Source: Podarcis pityusensis (Eukaryota). Taken from it: DNA of 64,000 bases. Below, piece by piece: positions 1 to 12,520 of the stretch. The stretch lies in the NCBI GenBank assembly GCA_964106645.2, contig OZ067046.1. One strand, written 5' to 3'. Under the pieces are notes generated by a model. That model was not told where the DNA came from. It ran no database searches and saw only the letters and a list, made by a program, of their open reading frames with translations. The translations under genes were made by a program, and so were the position numbers. Positions within the stretch are counted from its first letter, which is position 1; every line of letters starts with the position of its first letter.

Positions 1-69
1 TGTGCTAAAGGAAAACAAATATACCCCTTCCTTCTCCTCCTTTTTAGATAATATGCACAAGTATTGCAA

Positions 70-470
70 AAGGGTCTGTCTCCAAAGAGGCATCTCCCCG
101 CCCCTGAGCTGAGATTGTTCAGAGAGGCTCTCCTGTATGTTCCTCTGATAAGGACAGTTTGTTTCAAGAGAATGTGTAGGTGGGCTTTTTCTGTGAGGGA
201 GCACCAGCTCTGAAACTCCCATTTCCCTGAAATTTGGCACCCACATTATTGGCATTCTGACACCAGATGAAAACCTTGCACTTCCTTCAGGGCAATGAAG
301 CTGCTAGTTTTATGTCTTCACAAATGTTCTTTGTATTTTAGTTAATTTTAACAAATTTTGTTACTGTGATTTTAATTGAGATGACTTGTTTTATTTTTAT
401 TTTTTGGATTTTTTGTTGTTGTAAGATGTTATAGAAATAGATAAGCCATCTGCAAATTTTATAAATCAAT
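70..470 (+). mobile_element. Degenerate L2-type LINE 3' end
   Basis: gggcttttt-ctgtgaggga-gcaccagctctgaaactccc...ccagatgaaaacc...cagggc followed by a T-rich tail; resembles squamate L2 3' ends. Heavily diverged, boundaries approximate. Confidence 0.45.
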
Positions 471-504
471 AGTGAATAATATTTTTGGGCTGGGGCTGGG
501 AGCT

Positions 505-588
505 AATAATAATAATAATAATAATAATAATTATTATTATTATTATTAATATAAAATTATTATTTATACCCCACCCATCTGGCTGCGA
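505..588 (-). mobile_element. LINE/SINE 3' tail with (AAT)n/(ATT)n microsatellite
   Basis: atttataccccacccatctggctg resembles the reverse complement of the tail at 35090-35175 (cagtcagatgggcagtaaataataat...). Confidence 0.55.
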
Positions 589-722
589 CTCATCTATACA
601 GCTGCAAATAAAATGTTTTAAATGTGTTGTAAAGTGTAATTTACAAATGTGACACTAGGTGGCAAATTCAATATACTGTATTTTTCAAAACGTTTATTTA
701 AAAAAGCATTTTCACAGCATTT

Positions 723-772
723 TGGGGTCACGAAGAGTCGGACACGACTAAACGACTAAACAACAACAACAA
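723..772 (+). mobile_element. BovB/Sauria-SINE-type 3' terminus, very short
   Basis: ggggtcacgaagagtcggacacgactaaacgactaaacaacaacaac matches the (CAA)n-tailed ends of the BovB copies at 5139 and 22859, in the opposite orientation. Confidence 0.85.
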
Positions 773-861
773 GATTCCACCCTAAATTAAGAAAGATGCA
801 GGGGCCTGCATTCTAGTAGTAGGTGGGGCTAGACCCACACATAATCATACACCTGTGATTA

Positions 862-950
862 TGCAAATCTAATCCTACTTAGCTAGGAGCAAGCCCCACA
901 GAATTTAACAAAACTTGCTCCTGAGTAGACATAGTTAGGCTTGTACTGTT
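862..950. mobile_element. Old palindromic ~90-bp MITE-like repeat; related copies near 6280-6365, 30301-30390 and 32480-32571
   Basis: Shared gcaatccta...acttac-tgggagtaag...acttacttc...taggattgcagc architecture across the copies. Confidence 0.5.
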
Positions 951-3086
951 AGTCTTTCAGCTTTTCTGGTTGGTGAAATCTCTTTTCTTGTTGGTGAGGT
1001 CTTTGTTGACTAGTGAAGCTGGCAACCACCATATTTGGAGTGAATTTGCCATATGGGATGTAGACATCATAACAAATGGGGACCTGTGATAAAATCAGAA
1101 GTGTGATGTGACTGTTACATGATTGTCACATGTCTGCATAATTATATGGAACTTCAAAGCCAGTAGAAAAGTTACTCTAAAATTGGTGTGGTGTCACAGG
1201 CTTCTCAAGATGCGGCAGGATTCTTCTCTTGCAAAGGTAGAGAGAATTGATATAGGAAGATGCTCTATCAAAATGCAAAGCTGCTTGGGTGTTTCCCCCC
1301 CAGGCACAGAACAGGTGTGTCTTGCTAGTTTCCTTTCAACACAGATGAAAGCAGCGTAGAGGACTGCTGGAAGGACAGGCAGGTGGTCTTATCTAGAGGA
1401 ACTCCAGGAACAACCAGCCAGTGCAATAAAGAGTTCTTCTTCTTTTGGGTGGGGGGCTTTCTTCATCTTTTTAATGTGACCAGGGTTTAGTAGCATGCTA
1501 TTTATGTATACAATCACCAGGGGATTAGGTAAAAGAAATACCAGAACTGGGGCTCTACACGCTTTTCGTCAATGAATCTTATTCAGTCTATTTGTAAGTA
1601 TTCAAACAGGAACCCATTTCATATCTAGAGTGTCTTTGAGTCATTTCTTATTTTCATCTTGGAGCATAGACCTAAATGAAACTGAGCTTGCTTTGATTAC
1701 CATAGTGAGCAAAAATCAGTGTAGGACTCTGCTGATGGACCCAATGACTGTTGAGAGAGGTTACATGCTCTTGTGATCTTACACAGCGTAGTCCAATGCA
1801 TAGCCCGAGGTGCAGCCCTCAAGGCCTTTTATGGTGGTCCTCAAAAACATTTGATGCCCTTCCTTTGCACTGCCTTCCCAGAGCTGGGTAAGTGAGGGAC
1901 CGGGCTTTGGGAAGGAGGTGGGAGGGCTTTAGGACCTTGCTAAAGCCTTCCTACCTCCTTCGCCAAAACCAGTGCCTTCCCCTTGCCCCCACCCCCACAA
2001 CAAGGCAGTGTGCTGCCCATGAGTTCTGTGTTGAAGTAGTCTTGCAGCACTCCAGGTATGAAAAGTAGAGCCATCCTGATCTAACATACAACATAACTAT
2101 TATCTTACAGTGTGTGCTCCTTATTGATGTTTATCTAAAATTCATACCTGAATACTTCTGATTTTGGTTGGTAGAATGCTGGCTTTGCTGCTACTGGTGT
2201 AACTCTTGGTAGATTATAGTGTGCTTGGGAACTCTGAACATATGGAAGCTAAATTTGTATGGCATACTGCGAAACACACACGTTTGTGGTATCTAAATGC
2301 ACAAGAGTGTATGTGTGTCGTAGGTGGTAGGCAGAAAGTTAAGGTTTCCAAAATTCGTTAAATGACAACAGATGCCAGACAACAGATGCCACTGAAGTGA
2401 CTTGTTTTTTGTCATTTGCTCAACACTGAGCTATGAGAAACTACACTGCAGGGTGCAAAATTTTATCTACAGAAATCTTGTATGTAAATATATCTTCAGA
2501 AACATTGGAACAATTGTGAAATTATTTTAAATACTGTGTAGCCCACAAGAGCCTGAGCGAAGGTACAATGCTGCAGACCTAAGCAGGCATATGGAGAACT
2601 GAGTCCTGTTGAAGTCATGAGACTGCTTAGTAAATACGTTTAGGATCAGGATGGAAGTCTGAGACCCAAACACTGTATTACAGGCAGACCTATGGATGCT
2701 GCTGGCCTGTGTTTTTCTCCATATCTCTTTATGGAGCTGAAGACCATAAATATTGCAATGGAATTGTGTGGTGAGGGCCAAAACTCACCAGTGGTGTGCA
2801 GTGAATTTTTTGTAGCGGAACAGTTAGGGCCAGACCTAGCTTGCGAGGGCGATGGGGATGTCACACTTGTGAGCATTGTGCCTTCCTCCCCAAGCTGGGC
2901 AGAAGCTTCCTGGACTTTGGGCGCCAGGCCTGTGACAGGACTCTGGAGCCCTCTTGCCTCCTTCCCAAAGCCAGTGGGAGGGCTCTTGGACCTGTCGGAG
3001 CATCACACTTCCCTCCCTATACTGGGCAGAAGCTTCCTAGCCTAGTCCCCCTAGTCCACAGACTGCATGCCACTGCAACTCACTAC

Positions 3087-3255
3087 TAGAGCTTATGTTT
3101 TGCACACAGAAGACTCAGGATTGGATCACGGGCATTCCAGTTAAAACAAACAGGTAGCCAGTGATGTTACAAACCTGTATCCTGGGACTCTGGAGAGTCA
3201 TTGCTGTTCTGAGTAGATGGGCCATATGTCTGAAGTGATAGTTTGCTCCTTAACA
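3087..3255 (+). mobile_element. Squamate tRNA-derived SINE (Squam2-like), diverged
   Basis: agagc..tttgcacacagaag..caggattggatc head and ctggagagtcattgc..gtaga body, shared with copies at 17410 and 48771. Confidence 0.55.
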
Positions 3256-4202
3256 TTCCACACTTCTCACAAGTGACAGCCAATGAAGCAGATCAGGGGG
3301 TGAAGGAATGCCATCATGACACAGAGATGTACTAGGGAGATGGGGTTGGTACTTGCCACATGTCTCCCTATAATGTTAAGTCTGGACCACAGGCAGAATT
3401 GTAGCTATGGCAAGGTCTATTAGGCCTGGCTTGCCATCAGAAATTCTTCAGCCCTCCTGCAGGGGTTTGCAGGCCAAGCCCGAATGTCTCAGCATCTGTC
3501 TGGAAGCAGTAGATATTTCAAAAATACCACATAGTTCACATTGTTTGCGAAAGATGGATTTTAACAAGAAAGATGTTGAATCTGCTGCACTCTCTGACCA
3601 CATAGGTTTGAGATTTTGCCCTCAGGTGTTTGTTATGCTGTGGCCATCTGTGACAAACCTTACTCCCCATTTCTAAGTGAAACAAGAACTGAACAATCAA
3701 AGAATAGACAGAGTAGGAAATGTATGTAGAGCTGGATAAGAAACAACTGTGTCCTGTTAAAACTATTTCTGGAATGAATGGGATTCAATTAAAAAGGTAA
3801 TTTCAGTGGCTGAATCAACTTCTGCCATAAGATCAAAAGACAACATTTCTATGCAGTAAAACTCAAACTTGCTGGAATGTATGTTCATAGTTGCAAGATA
3901 TTCAGCAAGCTAACAAGGCCAGGGGTGGAAGTAAAACCCCTTACTTCCTAAAGCTTCTTCTGCTGACTGTGCCAGCCCTGCCTATTGAGAATGCAAAATC
4001 TTTTTCCTGCATCCGTTTCATATAATTTTGAAGGAAGAGCCATTCCCTTTAGTTCACTGAAAGATATACACCCTATAAATCAGGACTGACCCATCTCTGA
4101 AGCCAACAATCTGGGTTTTCAAAGTATAATTATAATAACATACTTTTTCAAGCTTGTACCATTTCAAGTAACCAACAGCAAAACATTTCAAGTATAAAAT
4201 GC

Positions 4203-4205
4203 AAA

Positions 4206-4235
<30 letters not shown>
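4203..4235. repeat. (AAAT)n microsatellite
   Basis: Direct reading. Confidence 0.95.
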
Positions 4236-4236
<1 letters not shown>

Positions 4237-4540
4237 CAGAATCAGCTACAAAACAGTATAAAACAATTATTGTAACTACATCTGCATATCTAAAACACAG
4301 TGACAGAACTGTAAAATCACGGCAAGATTGTTTAAGTCTGCCATGCTAAATACTTTCACCCCAGAGTATAAACAGCCTTATTTTTGAAAGGTCATCTGCA
4401 GCTTTGGGGCAACTACCTTGCTAAGAAGAAATATGGTACTCTCCAGATGTACAGCTCTCAGAAACTGCAATTTAAGTAGAGGCTCACCAACTACTTCTTG
4501 AAGATCGGGAAGCTCCCATGGGTGGAAGCACATCCTAAGA

Positions 4541-4737
4541 CAGGGGTTGGCAAGGTTTACCTTTCCTGGGCCAGTTTACTCCAGTGGAGATCCCTCCATG
4601 GGCCGGATCGGGTGTGTGCATGAGCACACAGACCCACGATTTCTGGCACCTGTGTCTGCGCAGACGCAATTTCTGGCGCTGCAAAAGCGAGCGGCTCAGT
4701 TAGGGGACGGCTTGTGGGCCAGTTAAACAACCTCCTG
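4541..4737 (-). mobile_element. hAT (Charlie-like) MITE with one end deleted
   Basis: Starts caggggttggcaa; 8-bp TSD tcctaaga/ccctaaga; body is the reverse complement of the element at 60383-60629. Confidence 0.85.
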
Positions 4738-5138
4738 CCCTAAGATGTGGAGATACCAAAATATGCACATCTCCTTAAGGGTTTGCCATGTAAATTGAAA
4801 AGGTACTGTAGAACTAAGAGGTTTCACAGAAGGAACCACGTTACTTGTTATTAGAATTGGCCTTTGGTTTTAGAATTGGCCCCTCCTCCTCCCCATTCTG
4901 TGAGTTCTGTCAATTAACTAGCAATTCCTGATTGGCTGGATTGCACCAAAGCCCACAAGCAGGTTGGTACAGGAATCTCTCTTGCTGCTTTGCGTGCTTA
5001 TTTAAGCAAACACTGCTTTTCTTCTGGTGTTACCTCAGACATTCTATGGGAAACTGGGAAACTGTTGGGTGTCTGGGAGGGAGTGGAGTATATAGTCTGG
5101 TTCACTAGTTCAAGAAACCTTAGGTATACATTCACAAT

Positions 5139-5575
5139 GTTGTTGTTGTTGTTTAGTTGTTTAGTCGTGTCCAACTCTTCGTGACCCCATGGACCAGAGC
5201 AAGCCAGGCACTCCTGTCTTCCACTGCCTCCCGCAGCTTGGTCAAACTCATGTTCGTAGCTTCGGGAACACTGCCCACCATCTCGTCCTCTGCCGTCCCC
5301 TTCTCCTTGTGCCCTCAATCCTTCCCAACATCAGGGTCTTTTCCAGGGAATCTTCTCTTCTCATGAGGCAGCCAAAGTATTGGATTCTCAGCTTCAGGAC
5401 CTGTCCTTCCAGTGAGCACTCAGGGCTGATTTCCTTCAGAATGGATAGGTTTGATCTTGCAGTCCATGGGACTCTCAAGTGTCTCCTCCAGCACCATAAT
5501 TCAAAAGCATCAATTCTTTGGCGATCAGCCTTCTTTATGGTCCAGCTCTCACTGGACAAAACTCTGTGGACAAAA
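5139..5575 (-). mobile_element. BovB (RTE) LINE, 5'-truncated 3' fragment
   Basis: Encodes ESWTIKKADRQRIDAFELWCWRR...LMRREDSLEKTLMLGRIEGTRRRGRQRTRW (BovB ORF C-terminus); (CAA)n tail; 11-bp TSD acattcacaat at 5128-5138 and 5576-5586. Confidence 0.95.
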
Positions 5576-7682
5576 ACATTCACAATATGTGACTGTAAAT
5601 TGTTTTGTTTTACAGCAAGCCACAATTTTAGGACCCCTCTGGTTAGAGAACCAATATTTTGGGTCAGCTGCTGAAGCCTAAGCACACAGCATTTCAGGAG
5701 GGTCCACCACAGAGCTGCCATAATTGAGGAGGAGGAATAGCCGCTGTCTCTGCTGCTTACTTGCTTGCATTCTCTGATAACAGTTCTGATAATGGAAAAT
5801 CCAACACTTGCAAAGAGTTCAAAAATATTCATATGCACTAGTGACTGTTGGGAGTCAAAGTTCTGTCTACTTCAATGTAAGATATCAGAAGGGATGCACT
5901 TAACTCAGTTTTGAAATTTAGGCAGATAAATGCTTCACCTGCTTCATCTTGTTATTTGTCCTATAGCCAACCAACTTCCTGTGCTGACTTCTGTCTCTGC
6001 CCACGCAAAGGAAGTGATGGATATTCTTAGAGCTTGCCATTTCTCCTGCCACATGCCTTTTGCCTAGAGAACATTGAGGCATTTCCTGTTTGGGACAGAT
6101 TGTCTGCCTCTGTGCTCCCATTCCATTTCCAAAGGCAAAGTGTAGTGAGAGCTGGTTGCCTGAATGCAGAATCCTGAACATTAAATAGTGAAGAAGAAGA
6201 AGAACACCACATTTTTATGGCATGCTAGAGGGACTGAAATATCTATCTCTTGAGTATGCCAATTATTACTGTGTGGCTAAGGCTGCAGTCCTACGCATGC
6301 TTACTTGGAATAAGTGCAGTTGAAATGAGTGGAATTTACTTCCATGGATAGAATGGTGTTGCATTTGTAGCAAGTCATTAGCTGCATTTAGGCATTCAGT
6401 TTGAATGCACAAAGGGGCAAATGCGTGGGGCAGGTTCCTCCACCTTGTGATATTGCACAGGCCAAGCACACTTCTTGGTTAATGCATGATCAACATCATT
6501 CTGAAGGGGACTGCAGTAAGGCCTTCGTATGAACATGGATCATGCGCTGGCAGAGGAGTGTGCCCCACACATGCAGCATTTATGTTTGTTCCTTCATATG
6601 GTCAAACTGAATGCCTGAAGAGGATTGTAGATGCACTACTAATTAATATTTCCTTTGCCTTTCTTTGATTTGGTGTCGAGGTACTATTTTTAGATTCGGG
6701 ATACCATGCAGAGTCCCCCAAACTTTCAAAACTCATTTGTTTTCAATCCATTCTCAAGCATTTCAAAACAGTCAGCTCTATGTTACTTAAGTTTGAACTG
6801 GGCACTCGCAAGATATATTCAGAACTGGGTTTGCCAAGGACCTCCTTTCCAGAGAAATTATTAACAAAGGACATTGACATCCCCTGCCACAAAAGCTCAC
6901 AATGCCTCACAGAGGCTGCAGAAGGAATATGGTTTGGGTGAGGGGAATCGGAAAATGGTCAAGCAGGTGTGGAACCGTCTGTGTCCTTGGGGGCCACGTG
7001 CTGCCCATGGCCTGATTTCATGTTGCCCCCAGAGATATCTGATATACGGTATTCTTTTACTTCCCCATATTTGTATGCCCATTGAAAGAGGATGAGGAGG
7101 GTGGGAAGTGGGGGAGAAAGAAAGACCCTAGGTGTTGAACCCAAGGTGAACTATTCCGGAAGCTTTGCTAACACCATCTTGGTAGTCAAGATAACCCCGC
7201 AATTAATTGGTAATGTTGTAGCAATGATCTTATATATGTTTATATTCACTTGCTTTGATATAAGCTAATTGGTTTGCTTTGATGTTGTTCTTATCTGTAG
7301 GCTTGGGGTGCTGGGCTCTGAGCCCAGAAAAGGGAGCTATCTGTAAAGTTTGGGTATTTGCCACCTGTGCCCTCATCTAGTCAGGTGAAATGTCGTATGC
7401 TACTTTGCGTATAAACAATATATGCACATTTGCTTGGAGGCAGACAAGCCATCTCCTTGCTGCGATGTCCGTCCCATGTCTGCAAAGGCAAGGAGACCTG
7501 GCAGGCTGCTGTGCTGTAAGTCTACACCTTCTTAATAAAGCACTAGAGCTGGCTGTTCTAAGGTTTTTGATGTTCTTCTTTGGTATCCCTGCATCCAACC
7601 ACTCCCACGAGCCCTCCATTGGGCCTTACGGTTCAGGAAAGTTGTGGCGTTAGGAAAGAGAGAGCAAGTGTGTAATATATCA

Positions 7683-7815
7683 TAGCCACATCTGCACCTT
7701 ACTTATAAAGCACTCCAATACCACTTCAACGGTGCTGGGAACTGTGGTCTGACAAGGGTGTTGAGAGTTGCTAGGATGCCCCTATTCCCTTTACAGAGCT
7801 TCAGTTCCCATAGTG
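7683..7815. mobile_element. Harbinger-like MITE fragment hosting the 7816 insertion
   Basis: ctgggaactgtggtc..aagggtgttgagagttg..cagagc..cagttccc motifs shared with 12521-12688, 30557-30703 and 34210-34365. Confidence 0.5.
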
Positions 7816-8172
7816 CAGGGACGTCCAACTTCCAATAGACTGCAATCTACTCGCTCAATTAAAATCTGGCAGTGTTCTACCCATTTTTTGGGAGGGTTCA
7901 GGTCAAAGATGTTGAGCTTTTTTTTAGGGAAGAAAAGAACGTCCCATTGGGGGGGGGGTTTCAGGTCAAAGTGCTTGAGCTTTTTTAAGAGAGGAAATAG
8001 CAATTAAGGGGTTAAGATCAAATAAATAGAAAAATGAGCTCACCAAGAGATTGCTAATGATAGTGATTTGGAAGGTGGGATGAGGGGGCGGGGCTGGATG
8101 GAGGAGCCAGCCATCTACCGCAATCTACCTAAACCTCCTGGTCGATCCCAATTGACCTGTTGCACATCCCTG
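7816..8172. mobile_element. hAT MITE
   Basis: TIRs cagggacgtccaac / gttgcacatccctg; perfect 8-bp TSD ccatagtg (7808-7815, 8173-8180); internal duplicated ttcaggtcaaag..ttgagctttttt unit. Confidence 0.9.
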
Positions 8173-11048
8173 CCATAGTGGATTAACAATCAAGAAAAGA
8201 GGAAGTAGGTTGTTGCCTCTGAAATTTCTTGCTGTAATTAACTAGTTGCTAGGGTACTTTTGGCCAACTGGCAGCAACTTACACTGATTTCTTGGAGTTT
8301 TCTTGCTTAAAATGGTAACGGCTTTTGCAAAACTCCCATTGATTTCAGTGATGTGTGCTACAAAGACGTCAGTTGTGTCCTGGTACATAGATATTCCCCC
8401 TACAGGCAGATGGGTGATTTGCGGTTACTCATTGGCAATGGGAAGCTTCTGTGCAAGCTTGAAGGCATTTTCTTAACACTTTGCATGCTCAGAAGATGAG
8501 TTTATAGAAGCACATTTAAGGGCTGGGAGCTCTTCTTTTAATATTAAGCCTGGCAACTTGTGCAAGAGATGCTTCGATTGGTTGTGTTCATATTCAGTGT
8601 GATATCTAGATAAACCTTTAAAAGGCAATTTGTAGTCCTTCAATTTTTATTTTCTTATCATTGTTCTTTCAGAGAGTAAAGTGAGTGAAACAAATTGCTA
8701 CCTAATCTCTTTCAATTATAATAATTTTAAATGGTAGTTATGACTAAAGCACTGAATAAAATAGCTTGAAAATAAGTGAAGCTAAAAACTTATTGCTATT
8801 TGAACATATTATTAGAATTGTGCTTTTAAAAACAAACTGGAGTTGAGTTTATTTGGGGTCCAAAACCACAGTGGTTGTGGTTTAAGTTGTAACTAAGAAA
8901 CAAGTATGAATGTCAGGATCATAATATAAATAAATATGCAGGGGTCTTTTAAAAATGTTTCGATTTCATTTTGCAATGTACAATAAACAAGAACTGTTAC
9001 AAACATCTTGACTGTTTTTGCATTATCCACCCATAAGAGCATTCAAGGAAAATAATTATCATATACAAGGGGCTTTAAACACCATTGTTATCTGGGCTCA
9101 CAGCTAAAGATCCAATTCCACAAACTTTTACAGAACTCAAAAAGCAAAAGCCTAAAGCATTTCCTTTGTCAAAATTTACTCTTGGCCACAATTATTCTCC
9201 ATGGAATACCAGGAAATTACAAAGACAAGGTAAGGCTGGGCCGGACGAGGTTTAAAATATTATGATAAATGAATTAATGCAATTTCAAAAGCTTTCAGAC
9301 TATTACGAATTACATTTGATGGATTCCAGGGACTATGTCCTTTGGCTTTTCTAAATTGGCAGCTTTACATCTCCAGTAGGTGAACATTTTATCCTAATCA
9401 GTGAGTCAAAATTTTGAAAAGATTCCATATAAACAAATGGCTAATAAGCATGAAATAACTAGCGACATATTTTTGCAACCGTAAATTCTGTCTCCATATC
9501 TAGCTGAAAACTTTAGCTAAGGCTTTGTTAATCAGTTGCATGCCACTGTGAGTTAACACTTCTATTGTTTCTATAACCAAATCTGCAGCTCTGAGCTTGA
9601 ATGTCTGTTTATAGCAGCTAATCAGATTTCTGGACTTGCCTGTTGTTTGGTGGATGGGCAATATGGAGTAGGCAGGAGAAAAGGGAAGGCGGGTGATGAA
9701 AATAACAGCCATGTTGCACTTTATTTAAGAGTTTCGCAACTGAAAAAGATAAATCACTATAGTTATCATTCTTTGCCTCAAAACAGCCCAAGAATTTGAG
9801 CAGCTAAGAAAAACAAGAGCAAATTGTAAGGTAGCAGCACTGACAAGTTTCTCTGGAATCAAGCAGTGTTTTGAGCATGTTCTCTAAAGAACCAGCTAAC
9901 ATATGGGGAAGAGCTCCCTTGGGAGGCACAGCAAGTTGCTCAGCGCATATGCTATCACTTAATTTTGTAGGAAAAGTAGCTTCTAGTGTTCTGTTTTCAG
10001 TCTTCAAGTGTAGGCTAATTGCTTTCCTTGATTTTTTAAAAACATAATTTTAAAAGTTTGCACTTACTTAAGAGATCAAAGTGCCAACTGAAGACCATGT
10101 TCAACTCTAGACATTATAATCATGCCTTGATTCTGTATCAATAAGTTTAGACTTCCACACAATGGTGAAACAAGGTCAGTAATTCCACTGCCCAAATTAT
10201 TATGTCTCTGTGGAGACTATTTAGTAAGGCCATTCATTGGCCATGCTTGCTAGGGCTAATATGAGTTGAGTTCAACAACATCTGGAGGGCTTAATGTTCC
10301 CCAAACCTGTTGTACAGCTTCTGTGAAATAGCATTGTTTATTATCTGATTGGATTGGATTTCTTTGTTTTACTTACACTCCCAATGTCTTTTATGGAAGT
10401 GAGGGCCCTGTTTAGTGTCCTTGTTGCTGTAGACACTAGCTTCCTTCTTCCTAACTCTGAATTTTATGTAAGGAGAATGAGGACTCATGACTATGCTGCC
10501 AATATTCACTGGCAGCATGGGGTCATTGTACTATACTCTGAAGCTTGGGGAGGTCAAGTTATTTAAAAAGACCCCACATTATTTTCCAGCATACTACTGG
10601 GATCCAGCACTTTTTCCAATTTGGCACTGAGCATTTACACACAGAGAGAGTAGTGTTGTGGCTTATTGCAGAAGAAGCAAACTATCCTGGCCTCCTCTGA
10701 TTTAGCAGCTGCAACCTTTTCCGAAATAAAAGTTAGTCACTAAAGAGGATGAGTCAGAGATCAAGTTTATTCCTTAGCTGCTGAATCAACCTCCACAAGC
10801 CACCGTAAAGCAAGCTGGGAAGGCCCACCATCCTTCTGATACATGCTGCAAATCTCTGGCAGAAATGTTAAGTGCATTTGGTCAGTATCATTACTAGCCA
10901 TTGATTATTGTGCATAGCAAAGTAGTTAGGGTGAGCTTACAGAAAGTGGCACACAGTTTAGCAAGGTTGCATATTATTGTTCTCTTTATCTTTCAGCTAG
11001 TTGGTATTTAATCTCACTAGGCAGATCGCAAATGGCCACTTTGTGTTT

Positions 11049-12508
11049 AATCCAGCACATGTTTGCAATTTGGCCTCTGGTTCCTCTGCCCCTTTGAAAT
11101 CCAGCTTGCACTTCTGGGAGTTCTCGGTCCACATACTGCTTAAGCCTGCCTTGTAGAATTTTAAGCATAACCTTGCTAGCGTGTGAAATGAGTGCAGTTG
11201 TGCGGTAGTTGGAGCATTCTTTGGCACTGCCCTTCTTTGGGATTGGGATGTAGACTAAATCTACATTCAATCTCCTGTATCTTTCACTATCTCCCTCGCA
11301 TTTTGCTTGTCTTCTCTCTCCCACTATTTGTAAGGCCTCGTTGGACAGCCACTTTGCTTTCTTGCATTTCCTTTTCATTGGGGTGGTTTTCGTTGCTGCC
11401 TCCTGTATAATGTTGCGAGCCTCCATCCATAGTTCTTCAGGCACTCTGTCCACCAAATCTAAATCCTTAAACCTGTTCCTCACTTCCACTGTGTATTCAT
11501 AAGGGATTTGATTCAGATTGTATCTTACTGTCCCAGTGGTTTTTCCTACTTTCTTCAGTTTAAGCTTGAAGTTTGCTATAAGAAGCTGATGATCTGAGCC
11601 ACAGTCAGCTCCAGGTCTTGTTTTTGCTGACTGTAATCAATCTGATTTTGATGCTGCCCATCTGGTGATGTCCATGTGTAGAGTCGCCTCTTGTGTTGTT
11701 GGAAAAGAGTGTTTGTGATGACCAGCTTGTTCTCTTGGCAGAACTCTATGAGCCTTTTTGCCCTGCTTCATTTTGAACTCCAAGGCCAAACTTTTATCTC
11801 TTGACTCCCTACTTTAGCATTCCAATCCCCTATAATGAGAAGAACATCCTTCTTTGGTGTCATTTCTAGAAGGTGTTGTAAGTCTTCATAGAATTGGTCA
11901 ATTTCAGTTTCTTCAGCACCAGTAGTTGGTGCATAAGCTTGGATTACTGTGATGTTAAAAGGTCTGCCTTGGATTTGTATCGAGATCATTCTGTCATTTT
12001 TGAGATTGCATCCCAGTACAGCTTTTGCCACTCTTTTGTTGACTATGAGGGCCACTCCATTTCTTTTACGGGATTCTTGCCCACAGTAGTAGATGTGATG
12101 GTCATCCGAACTGAATTCGCCCATTCCCGTCCATTTTAGTTCACTGATGCCCAGGATGTCAATATTTATTCTTGCCATCTCATTTTTGACCATATCTAGT
12201 TTATCAAGGTTCATGGTTCTTACATTCCAGGTTCCTATGTAATATTTTTCTTTACAGCATTGGACATTCCTTTTGCTTCCAGGCATATCCACAACTGAGC
12301 AAGCTTTCGGCTTTGGCCCAGCTGCTTCATCAGCTCTGAATCTACTTGTACTTGTCCTCCGCTCTTCCTCAGTACCATGTTGGACGCCTTCTGACCTGAG
12401 GGGCTCATCTTCCAGTGTCATAACTTTTATATGCCTGTTGTTTTTGTCCATGGAATTTTCTTGGCAGGGATGCTGGAGTGGCTTGCTGGTTCCTACTCCA
12501 GGTGGATC
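11049..12508 (-). mobile_element. BovB (RTE) LINE 5' part: AP-endonuclease plus start of RT, internally deleted and 3'-truncated
   Basis: ORF 11768-12526 has IGTWNVRTM, ILGISELKW, IQAYAPT and IIGDWNAKVG (APE motifs). ORF 10986-11489 has IPIPKKG..CSNYRTTALISHASKVMLKIL..QAGF (RT N-terminus). Frameshifts and deletions lie between them. Confidence 0.95.
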
Positions 12509-12520
12509 ACATTTTGGGGG

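Noticed and set aside
6781-7370. Second solo LTR
   Set aside because: No TG..CA termini with a matching TSD found; part of it resembles an old hAT fragment.
9030-9480. L1 ORF2 C-terminal remnant or exon ending at aag/gtaagg
   Set aside because: Only vague similarity; no collinear motifs or clear acceptor could be established.
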